30,676 bases of DNA from a virus: IMG/VR virus record IMGVR_UViG_3300031673_000330; one strand, given 5' to 3'. Positions 23,014-30,536 of this stretch are shown one piece after another; position 1 is the first letter of the stretch; each line of letters opens with the position of its first letter. Both the position numbers and the translations under genes were made by a program. A model generated the notes under the pieces. It saw only the letters and a list, made by a program, of their open reading frames with translations. It had not been told where the DNA came from and did not search any database.

Positions 23014-26000
23014 ATGAGCACTCTAACAATAAATAACCTACAACTTGGTCAGAACGTTGTACCAAGCAACAACTTTACTCTACGTAATAACAACGTAGGT
23101 GGGTTGATATTCTCCGTTGGTAACTCTGGTGCTACAACCCTTGATATCCTTACTATGGATAATCTTGGTAATTTGTCATTCCCTGGTGTTACTAATCTTA
23201 GTATATCTGGAACTGTAACTGCTAATACCTTTGTAGGATTCAGTGTAACTCAAAACCCTGGTGATAATACCCTTAGCCTAGCTACTACTGCATTCGTATC
23301 TGCTGCTGTAGCTGCTTCTACGGTTGGTGTAAGTACTTTCAATACTAGATCTGGTAACGTTACCCTAAGTTCACTAGACGTAACGAATGCTTTAACTTTT
23401 ATACCACCATCAGTAACTGGTGCAGGTGCTAGTGGTAACTGGCCTATAACTATTACTGGTAATGCGGCTACTACCTTAGTGGCTTCTAATTCTTCTAATG
23501 CTTCTTTTTATCCAGTATTTACTAGTGCTACAGATGGTACTTTCGTAACTTTAACTAACTCAGGGTTATCATTTAATCCAAGTACTGAAACCTTAACTAC
23601 GACTAACTTCGTTGGATCGTTGACTGGAACTGCGTCTGGAAACTTAGTTGCTGGTGGTGCTTTAGGTACTCCAACTTCTGGTAATTTCTCTACAGGGGCC
23701 TTTACTTGGCCTACGTTTAACCAATCTACGACTGGTAATGCTGCTACTTCTACCATATCTACGAATACTAATGGATTAAACTCTGCTACAACTTCGATAA
23801 ATGTAAGTTCTGCAACTGCCCCAACTTCTGGGCAGATACTTACTGCTACTAGTGGTACTACGGCTGCTTGGCAAACACTAATTGCTTCATTTGCAGATGG
23901 TTTGAATTTCTCAGGTACTATACTTAATACTAGTGGAGCTTATGCCCCCACCGCTGGACAGATACTAACTGCTACAAGTTCTACTAACGCCTATTGGCAA
24001 GATGGGGTAAATGCTCTTAATACTGCTACTGGAATAGTTAATATAGGAACTTCTACTGCTCCTACAGCCGGGCAGATATTAATAGCTACTTCTGGAACTG
24101 CCGCAACCTGGCAGACATTAACTGTTTCCGGGGCTGCGACTGCTTTAAAATCTAACTCTACTACTATAGACGTTAGTTCTGCGGCTGCACCTGCTGCTGG
24201 ATATGTACTTACTGCTATAAATAGTACAAGTGCTCAATGGGCGCCTGGTGTGGCTGCGTCTACAACTAATGCTATTTCTTCTGCTACAACTACGATTAAC
24301 GTTAGTTCAGCTACTGCTCCATATGCAGGTCAGATCTTAGTTGCTGCCTCTGGTACAGCTGCCTTTTGGGGTAATAACATATTAGGGGAAGCTGGTTATA
24401 CTTCTGGTTTATACTCATCTAATGGTGGTATAGTAGATATTGGTCTAGGTGGAACTCCTACTACTGGTCAAGTTCTAGTTGCTACAAGTGGTACTACTGC
24501 TACTTGGCAGAGTATTACTGCTACTACTGCATTGACTTCCCACGCATTAAGTTCGGCTACAACCGTAGTTAATGTAAATACTGCAGCTGCCCCCTCAAAT
24601 GGACAGGTACTAACTGCTACATCTAGTACTTCTGCATCTTGGCAGACACCTGGTGCTGCATTAATGATATATCCAGGTGTTGGAATAGCTAACTCTACTG
24701 GAACTGGTTGGGGTACGTCTTACTCTACAACTGGAACTGGAACTGTTATTGCCTTAGCTACTAGCCCAACTTTTGTCACTCCAATATTAGGAACTCCTCA
24801 GTCTGGTAACTTCTCCACTGGAACATTTACTTGGCCTACGTTTAATCAAAATACAACTGGTACTGCGGATTCTTCCATCAACGCTAATAACACATATGTT
24901 AACGCTACTTCTGCTACTACTGGTATATTCTATATACCTTTCTTTAGTTCTAATGCTGGTGGATATCAACAGCCCTTTGTTAGTACTGCTAGTAAGTTAT
25001 CCTTTGATATTGCTACTAATACTCTATCTGGTAATATAAATGGCAATGCTACTACGTCTACTGCTACTAGTGGATTACAAAGTACAACAACAATAGTTTC
25101 TGTCTCAGCTGCTACTGCTCCTGCATCGGGTCAGGTACTTACTGCTACTTCTGGTACAGCTGCATCTTGGCAGTCTCTTCCTACTGGTTCTGGTACTGTT
25201 ACAAGCGTATCGGGTACGGGTACTATTAGTGGTATTTCTTTAAGTGGAACTATAACCACGACAGGATCGTTGACTTTAGGTGGAACTTTAGCAGTAACCC
25301 CATCTAATTTCTCTTCACAGGCTGCTAATACCTTCCTAGCTGCTCCTAACGGTGCTGCTGGTGTTCCTACGTTTAGAGCTATGGTTGCAACTGATATTCC
25401 TGTGCTTAACCAGAATACAACTGGTAATGCTGCTACAGCTACAAACGTAGCTTATACAGGTTTAACTGGTACAGTACCTACTTGGAATCAAAGTACAACT
25501 GGTAATGCAGCTACAGCTACAAACGTAGCTTATACAGGTTTAACTGGTACAATACCTACTTGGAATCAAAGCACAACTGGTAATGCTGCTACTTCTACAA
25601 CTACTAACGGTCTAAGTTCAGCTACTACTACAGTAGTTGTTTCTACCGCTACTGCTCCTACGTCTGGTCAAGTATTAACTGCTACTTCTGGAACTGCTGC
25701 TACTTGGCAGACTCCTTCTACGTTTGTGTACCCAGCTTCTGGAATAGTGAGTTCAACTGGTACAGCCTGGGGTTCTGCATATTCCACTACTGGTACTGGT
25801 ACTGTAATAGCCCTAGATACAAGTCCAACCTTTGTTACTCCTATACTTGGAACCCCGACTTCAGGTAATCTGGCTAATTGTACTTTCCCAACGCTTAATC
25901 AAAGCACAACTGGGTCTGCAGCTACTCTTACAACTCCTAGAACTATAAATGGAACTAGCTTTGATGGATCCGCCAATATTGTTATAGGTCAGATACCAAG

Positions 26001-26304
26001 TAATAGCCAAGTTGGAACTACATACACCTTCGTTTTAAGCGATGCTGGTAACTTCTGCTCATTCAACAATGCCGCAGCTGTGACTGTGACTGTTCCACCA
26101 GCTAGTTCTGTAGCCTTCCCAACCGATACTCAAATAGAATTAGCACAATACGGTGCTGGTAAGGTTACTATAGCAGCTGGGGCTGGGGTTACCATTAACT
26201 CTCTAGCAGGTAATCTAAGTTTAGCTGGGCAGTACGCTGGGGCTATGTTAGTTAAAACACCTACTGCGGATACGTGGACTCTTATCGGTAACTTAATAGC
26301 CTAA
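23014..26304 (+). CDS. Tail fibre protein 3 (1096 aa), highly repetitive
   Basis: Nine copies of a ~35-aa repeat ending xGQ(I/V)LTATSGTAA(T/S)WQ(T/S). Several NQ(N/S)TTGNAAT(A/S)T fibre repeats. TPRTINGTSFDGSANI matches the Phage_fiber_2 type. The C-terminal domain reads YTFVLSDAGNF...VTVPPASSVAFPTDTQIELAQYGAGKVTIAAGAGVTINS. Confidence 0.85.
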   Translation: MSTLTINNLQLGQNVVPSNNFTLRNNNVGGLIFSVGNSGATTLDILTMDNLGNLSFPGVTNLSISGTVTANTFVGFSVTQNPGDNTLSLATTAFVSAAVAASTVGVSTFNTRSGNVTLSSLDVTNALTFIPPSVTGAGASGNWPITITGNAATTLVASNSSNASFYPVFTSATDGTFVTLTNSGLSFNPSTETLTTTNFVGSLTGTASGNLVAGGALGTPTSGNFSTGAFTWPTFNQSTTGNAATSTISTNTNGLNSATTSINVSSATAPTSGQILTATSGTTAAWQTLIASFADGLNFSGTILNTSGAYAPTAGQILTATSSTNAYWQDGVNALNTATGIVNIGTSTAPTAGQILIATSGTAATWQTLTVSGAATALKSNSTTIDVSSAAAPAAGYVLTAINSTSAQWAPGVAASTTNAISSATTTINVSSATAPYAGQILVAASGTAAFWGNNILGEAGYTSGLYSSNGGIVDIGLGGTPTTGQVLVATSGTTATWQSITATTALTSHALSSATTVVNVNTAAAPSNGQVLTATSSTSASWQTPGAALMIYPGVGIANSTGTGWGTSYSTTGTGTVIALATSPTFVTPILGTPQSGNFSTGTFTWPTFNQNTTGTADSSINANNTYVNATSATTGIFYIPFFSSNAGGYQQPFVSTASKLSFDIATNTLSGNINGNATTSTATSGLQSTTTIVSVSAATAPASGQVLTATSGTAASWQSLPTGSGTVTSVSGTGTISGISLSGTITTTGSLTLGGTLAVTPSNFSSQAANTFLAAPNGAAGVPTFRAMVATDIPVLNQNTTGNAATATNVAYTGLTGTVPTWNQSTTGNAATATNVAYTGLTGTIPTWNQSTTGNAATSTTTNGLSSATTTVVVSTATAPTSGQVLTATSGTAATWQTPSTFVYPASGIVSSTGTAWGSAYSTTGTGTVIALDTSPTFVTPILGTPTSGNLANCTFPTLNQSTTGSAATLTTPRTINGTSFDGSANIVIGQIPSNSQVGTTYTFVLSDAGNFCSFNNAAAVTVTVPPASSVAFPTDTQIELAQYGAGKVTIAAGAGVTINSLAGNLSLAGQYAGAMLVKTPTADTWTLIGNLIA
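25423..25578 (+). repeat. Near-perfect 78-bp tandem duplication inside fibre gene 3
   Basis: Unit 25423..25500 and unit 25501..25578 differ at only about 3-4 positions. Each encodes GNAATATNVAYTGLTGT(V/I)PTWNQSTT. Confidence 0.9.
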
Positions 26305-26319
26305 GGCTAGGGGTAAACT

Positions 26320-27060
26320 ATGTTTGGATCTATGATTTTTGGGTATTCTTCAGTATCTTCTAATTTTGTGTATAACAAAAATATTTCTACTTCTATACAA
26401 AACTATGATATGTATGCAGATGCCTCGGCAAATGGGTGGGATACAACTAGTATACTAAATATGACTGTTACGGTTACCAGTACTGGCATAGTGGGGGGTA
26501 CTTCTACATATGCTTTAACTACTAATGCTAGTGGTACTTTTCCTGTAGGATCTACTCTTTCTCTAGTTATAATGTCTGGTGGGTATATAGTAGGTAAGGG
26601 TGGTAATGGTGCAAATAGTAGTAATAATCCATCCCCAGGAGCCCCAGGTTTAAATGCGATAAATGCTACTTATGCTATAAGCATAAATAATAGTGGTACT
26701 ATAGCCGGAGGGGGTGGAGGTGGTGGAGCTACTTATGGATCCTCAGGTAGTCAGGATGGTTGTGGTGGTGGTGGAGGAGCAGGTTATTCTGCAGGAACAG
26801 GGGGTAGTGGTATATACAACACTGCGGATAATGGAAGTTCTGGTACATTAACTACCGGTGGTATTGGTGGTAATGATGCTGCCGGCAGTCTGTCAGATAC
26901 TGGTGGTAACGGTGGTAATTTAGGGGTTGCGGGATCAGCCGCTAACGATGTTTCTAATCCTGGATATGGTTCTAATGGTGGATCACGAGGTTATTATGTA
27001 GTAGGAAATTCGCTAGTCACCTGGATAGCTACTGGGACATTACTTGGTGCCCAGTCCTAA
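26320..27060 (+). CDS. Glycine-rich protein downstream of the fibres (246 aa)
   Basis: GGGGGGGATYGSSGSQDGCGGGGGAGYSAGTGGSG and further GG(N/S)G runs. The N-terminal 90 aa are beta-type. A fibre-associated or fibre-tip role is inferred from position only. Confidence 0.5.
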   Translation: MFGSMIFGYSSVSSNFVYNKNISTSIQNYDMYADASANGWDTTSILNMTVTVTSTGIVGGTSTYALTTNASGTFPVGSTLSLVIMSGGYIVGKGGNGANSSNNPSPGAPGLNAINATYAISINNSGTIAGGGGGGGATYGSSGSQDGCGGGGGAGYSAGTGGSGIYNTADNGSSGTLTTGGIGGNDAAGSLSDTGGNGGNLGVAGSAANDVSNPGYGSNGGSRGYYVVGNSLVTWIATGTLLGAQS

Positions 27061-27241
27061 TACCTTAAAATATAATTATAAACAGACCAAAACTGGAACC
27101 CCACCTATTACAATAACTGGTATAACCTGGTTCGGAATACAGTTATCTGACTTGGCTCTTATAAACAATAACACATTCTTTCTAAATGGGGACAGTAGTA
27201 ATGATAGACTTGATTCAAGACTTAATACAATGGATACATGA
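27044..27241 (+). CDS. Doubtful ORF with no ATG or SD, containing a PPxxxT.I.WFG..LSD.AL motif paralogous to the next gene
   Basis: The ORF opens only with TTG/GTG inside the end of the glycine-rich gene. Its motif PPITITGITWFGIQLSDLALI is paralogous to PPVVVTSINWFGYHLSDIALF in 27186..27515. Confidence 0.3.
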   Translation: MVPSPNTLKYNYKQTKTGTPPITITGITWFGIQLSDLALINNNTFFLNGDSSNDRLDSRLNTMDT

Positions 27242-27515
27242 TAAAACTAACACACATCCAGTTATTGTAGCAACTACAAGCGCTACCCCTCCTGTCGTTG
27301 TAACAAGCATAAATTGGTTTGGTTATCATCTCTCCGATATAGCTTTGTTTTTAACTATTGTTTATACATCCTTGTTAATAATAGTGTTACTAGTAACTAA
27401 TGTTATTAAGCTTATTAATTTTATAACCAAAGAAAAAGCCCCGGAAACCGAGGCTGAATCTTTAGAAGACTTGAAAGAGGCTGTTAAAACTCTTCAAGAT
27501 GAGATTGAAGGCTAG
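27186..27515 (+). CDS. Single-pass membrane protein with a charged C-terminal tail, a holin or membrane-effector candidate
   Basis: TM segment IALFLTIVYTSLLIIVLLVTNVI followed by KEKAPETEAESLEDLKEAVKTLQDEIEG. It is the last gene of the rightward arm. An alternative ATG lies at 27201. Confidence 0.45.
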   Translation: MGTVVMIDLIQDLIQWIHDKTNTHPVIVATTSATPPVVVTSINWFGYHLSDIALFLTIVYTSLLIIVLLVTNVIKLINFITKEKAPETEAESLEDLKEAVKTLQDEIEG

Positions 27516-27898
27516 GCTGTAATCTTCGTTTTAGTCTTGGTTTTAGTCTCTGCTTCAACTTCCTTAATTTCCTCGACCTTTTCTGTTTCCTTATATTTAA
27601 CCATTACCTGTATAGTTAAGTATATAGCACCACCATCATGTTTTAGCATGGGATCCCTATATGGTTGAAACCCATAAGAAATATGCTTATTAATCTCCTC
27701 TTCTCCAGCACAGACCACGTAGTTAGTAACCTCTCGTTCTGAATCTAAGTTTTCTCCCCTAATCATCGGCTGTATAATTATGTTCTTGTTCCCGTTGCTC
27801 TTTAACATAGGTGAGCCATAGGGCTGCATGCCATATAATAAATATTGTTTGACCACTTCTGCACCTTCTATCACCACGTACTCTGTTACTCTACTCAT
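27512..27898 (-). CDS. Tandem DUF1737-like repeat protein (128 aa)
   Basis: Internal duplication: EYVVIEGAEVVKQYLLYGMQPYGSPMLK and NYVVCAGEEEINKHISYGFQPYRDPMLK. The C-terminal tail is TKTKTKTK. Confidence 0.5.
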   Translation of the reverse strand: MSRVTEYVVIEGAEVVKQYLLYGMQPYGSPMLKSNGNKNIIIQPMIRGENLDSEREVTNYVVCAGEEEINKHISYGFQPYRDPMLKHDGGAIYLTIQVMVKYKETEKVEEIKEVEAETKTKTKTKITA

Positions 27899-28091
27899 CT
27901 TTAGTTTCCTTTTCTAGTTTTAATCTTAGTCTATATTGACGTTGGTACTCTCTGTTATATCTACGCATCCTATCCAGGTTATCAGCAAAATATTCTTTGT
28001 GATACTCCGCAGCTTTGCCTAGAAATTCTGGATCCTTTAACTTACGCTTCTCGTGTAAAGTTAATTTTGGTTTTTCTTCTTCTTCACTCAT
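27891..28091 (-). CDS. Small charged helical protein (66 aa from the ATG at 28091)
   Basis: The ATG at 28091 is preceded by AAAGGAAAG. The tracked ORF opens at a TTG at 28127 inside the upstream gene. Confidence 0.5.
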   Translation of the reverse strand: MSEEEEKPKLTLHEKRKLKDPEFLGKAAEYHKEYFADNLDRMRRYNREYQRQYRLRLKLEKETKDE

Positions 28092-28092
28092 A

Positions 28093-28488
28093 TTACTTTC
28101 CTTTAATAACGAGGGTAAACTCGTCAATACCTTCTAGTTCCTTCATGAACTCATCAAATGCTTTCTCTGATTCTAGAATCATAGTATCATTCCTAGATTC
28201 CCCTAGTAGAAAGCACCCTTCTGAATCTTTGTTGTAATTACCTTTGTGGAACAATATACCTGTATGCCCCTGAACATTGGTAACCTCGAAGGTAATAAAG
28301 GGATCTCCATGTTCCAACTGGTGTTGGCCTCGTTTACATATATACGCGTCTGGTTGTGTTGCAGGATAAGGCGGGGATTGATCTATGAAAGCGTGGGTTA
28401 GAACTGAGAATTTAGTCCCTGATTCCATTACTAGTTCTCCGAAGATCCCGTCTTCGTTATAGTCTGTGTATGTTAGTATGTTTAACAT
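28093..28488 (-). CDS. DUF5675-like protein, a candidate cell-wall peptidase (putative endolysin)
   Basis: GIFGEL....FSVLTHA...ICKRGQHQLEHGDPFITFEVTNVQGHTGILFHKGNYNKDSEGCFLLGE matches the DUF5675 pattern. The H-x9-SxGC arrangement recalls the YkuD-fold active site. The gene lies within the lysis cluster. Confidence 0.5.
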   Translation of the reverse strand: MLNILTYTDYNEDGIFGELVMESGTKFSVLTHAFIDQSPPYPATQPDAYICKRGQHQLEHGDPFITFEVTNVQGHTGILFHKGNYNKDSEGCFLLGESRNDTMILESEKAFDEFMKELEGIDEFTLVIKGK

Positions 28489-28814
28489 TAATTGGTTCCT
28501 GTTATGTATTTTGATACGGCTGGGTCATTATCCTCGAATATCGCTATTAGGCCATGAGCAAGTGCTGTTACTTGAGTCTCGTTTAGTTCTAAGCACATAG
28601 TATCTGATAGGGCGTGGATTGTTTCGTGTAGGAATGTATCTCGTTCTTCTAATTTCTCCTGGCCTTCCCTTATATTGATCACCATGCTGTTGTATTGCAT
28701 AAGACCTAAGGTAATCATCCCATCATCTAAAGCTGTGTATTTAACATTGAAATCTCTTCCTAGTATCCTAACGTGCTCTGGTCTACTTACTTTAGTTCTA
28801 CTCACTTTTATCAT
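28488..28814 (-). CDS. Minimal HExxH zinc-metallopeptidase-like protein (108 aa)
   Basis: FLHETIHALSD contains HExxH. Its small size is comparable with minimal zincins. It is translationally coupled to both neighbours. Confidence 0.5.
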   Translation of the reverse strand: MIKVSRTKVSRPEHVRILGRDFNVKYTALDDGMITLGLMQYNSMVINIREGQEKLEERDTFLHETIHALSDTMCLELNETQVTALAHGLIAIFEDNDPAVSKYITGTN

Positions 28815-28941
28815 TCCTATGTATAAATATCTGATATAAAACGAAGATTACTGCTGCGACTACTACTAAGGTAATTCCCCCAGCTAGTTCTGCGAATGGG
28901 CGAAGGAACCAAAACCAGAAGCTATCACTGCATGTCGTCAT
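28798..28941 (-). CDS. Small single-TM protein (47 aa), absent from the ORF track, a holin candidate
   Basis: The ATG overlaps the o-spanin stop (TAATG), and the ORF end overlaps the start of the HExxH gene. Sequence: MTTCSDSFWFWFLRPFAELAGGITLVVVAAVIFVLYQIFIHRNDKSE. Confidence 0.5.
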   Translation of the reverse strand: MTTCSDSFWFWFLRPFAELAGGITLVVVAAVIFVLYQIFIHRNDKSE

Positions 28942-29189
28942 TATTTTAACCCTCTCAATATATTCTCTAACTGTAGAGAGTAAAGCATTAGAGAATTCTC
29001 GTCTAACTCAACGCTTTTTAGTACCTGGTTATAATCTCCTTTTCCATCTGAGATTAGAGTTGGTCTCCTAGGAATAATAATGTTAGGCTTAGTGTATACA
29101 GGTACATCCACTACCTTCGGTATATCCGACGCACAGCCTGCTACTGATAGAAGTGTTAAAACTATTATTGCTATTACCCAGTGATTCAT
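28941..29189 (-). CDS. Outer-membrane spanin subunit (o-spanin lipoprotein)
   Basis: Signal peptide with lipobox LSVAGC, a short proline-rich mature part, and an ATGA overlap with the upstream i-spanin. Confidence 0.8.
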   Translation of the reverse strand: MNHWVIAIIVLTLLSVAGCASDIPKVVDVPVYTKPNIIIPRRPTLISDGKGDYNQVLKSVELDENSLMLYSLQLENILRGLK

Positions 29190-29557
29190 TTTTGTACCCC
29201 ATTGAATTCTGTTGATATTTTATTGGCCACAACACTAAGATTAGATACCGCCTCTTCACAAGTCTTGGCTTTAGGCTGATTTTTAATCTCGGTAATCAAC
29301 CTACTGTTTTTATTAGATAAATCTTGGTTCTCGGAGTTAGCGTCGTTTAGCTTATTTTGAGTATCTTTAGCAGCAGATGCCTCTGTTATAACAGCTGCGT
29401 TCTGAACTTCGATCTTTGAACTAAGTTCTGATATGGTAGCTTTCTGGGAGATAACGACGTTATGAAGGTGATAAACGTATATGACCCCAATTAGACTAAC
29501 TATGCCTAAAACCATAGCTATAGCTATTTTCACCTCCATTGTTATTTGATCTAGCAT
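29186..29557 (-). CDS. Inner-membrane spanin subunit (i-spanin)
   Basis: N-terminal TM IAIAMVLGIVSLIGVIYVY followed by a coiled-coil periplasmic domain. It lies immediately upstream of the lipoprotein gene. Confidence 0.75.
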   Translation of the reverse strand: MLDQITMEVKIAIAMVLGIVSLIGVIYVYHLHNVVISQKATISELSSKIEVQNAAVITEASAAKDTQNKLNDANSENQDLSNKNSRLITEIKNQPKAKTCEEAVSNLSVVANKISTEFNGVQK

Positions 29558-29582
29558 TTTATTTCCTTTTAGTTAGGGTATG

Positions 29583-30254
29583 TTATGGCATGTCTGGCCA
29601 AGTGCGATTGCCTTTGCTTAGATTTTCTGAAGCTGGTATTACTCTTAAGTTATTAAAGCAGTGTAACCCACAGACCAAGTCAGACTGTAAAGGCACTGTA
29701 TGGTCGACGTGGTAGGGTATACCAGTGTGAATTGACTTTTCCTTTGCAAACCAATAAACAAAGTCTATAAGGTCCTTTTCTTCCTTAGTCTTAGCCCAGG
29801 CTGGGATTGCTTGAAGCTTAGTTGAACGACGTCTGGCAGCTAGAGCATTCACTTTGTCTGGGTTGGCTTTTTGGTAGGATGCCATATTTGCCTTAATATT
29901 CTCTTTGTTTGCCTTCTGCCAGGCTGCTACAGTAGCTTTAATCTGTTCCTTATTTTCCTGGTAGTAGGCTGCCTTATTTGCCTTAATATTCTCTTTGTTT
30001 GCCTTCTGCCAGGCTGCCATATTAGCCTTAACTTTGTCTAGGTTGGCCTTCTGCCAGGCTGCATTCATAACCTTAATATTCTCTTTATTTGCCTGGTAGT
30101 AGTCTGCCGTATTAGCCTTAATATTTTCTTTATTTGCTTTATACCATGCTGCATTAGTAGCCTTTGCACACGGTCTACAATTCCCAGACTTGTTACGATC
30201 TGTAGCACCACACTTAACACAAGGTTTACTTTGTTCGCCTAACATTCTTTTCAT
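29583..30254 (-). CDS. HNH endonuclease paralog 3 (zinc ribbon, 7 helical repeats, HNH domain)
   Basis: CVKCG..CRPC zinc ribbon. Seven 15-aa repeats (AAWQKANKENIKANx and similar). The C-terminus reads VDHTVPLQSDLVCGLHCFNNLRVIPASENLSKGNRTWPDMP. Confidence 0.85.
   Translation of the reverse strand: MKRMLGEQSKPCVKCGATDRNKSGNCRPCAKATNAAWYKANKENIKANTADYYQANKENIKVMNAAWQKANLDKVKANMAAWQKANKENIKANKAAYYQENKEQIKATVAAWQKANKENIKANMASYQKANPDKVNALAARRRSTKLQAIPAWAKTKEEKDLIDFVYWFAKEKSIHTGIPYHVDHTVPLQSDLVCGLHCFNNLRVIPASENLSKGNRTWPDMP
29885..30017. repeat. Perfect 43-bp direct repeat, 90 bp apart, inside the HNH-3 repeat array
   Basis: TATTTGCCTTAATATTCTCTTTGTTTGCCTTCTGCCAGGCTGC occurs at 29885..29927 and again at 29975..30017. 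The offset equals two 45-bp coding repeat units. Confidence 0.85.
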
Positions 30255-30275
30255 CTTTCTGTCTACGTTTTACCT

Positions 30276-30304
30276 ATTTTAACACATTTAAAAATTATTT
30301 ACAA
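30276..30304 (-). promoter_or_regulatory. Sigma70-type promoter for the leftward operon
   Basis: On the minus strand: TTGTAA (30304..30299), a 17-nt spacer, then the extended -10 TGTTAAAAT (30284..30276). Confidence 0.55.
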
Positions 30305-30536
30305 AGATTATTATTATAGCTAGGTTTATTCCTAATCTGTGATCTAGGTTAGAAAACTATTCTATGTAGGTATCAACATAGAGAAATTATAGCCCTAGGA
30401 GGGGTTTTAAGGGTGGTAGAAGACGTCGGAGGGTAGTAGGTGAGGTAAGGCCTACCTTGGGGTAAACTTGGTCTAGAATCGCCTTAAAATGAATTAGTCT
30501 AGGTTTTAGGATATGTTTTAAGCTTGGTTTTAGTAT

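Noticed and set aside
19697-26304. A diversity-generating retroelement acting on the fibre genes, considered because some P22-coat-family podoviruses such as BPP-1 carry one.
   Set aside because: No reverse transcriptase ORF exists anywhere. No template/variable repeat pair with adenine-specific differences was seen. The fibre repeats differ at all base types.
29838-30152. Regular 45-bp periodicity that could superficially resemble a CRISPR-like or iteron array.
   Set aside because: The periodic units are in frame within the HNH-3 ORF and encode the 15-aa AAWxKANxE repeats. There are no unique spacers or non-coding context.
30395-30475. G-quadruplex in the G-rich right subterminal region.
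   Set aside because: The G-tracts are separated by long loops of about 6, 20 and 27 nt, so a stable canonical G4 is unlikely. The region is retained only as G-rich motif enrichment.
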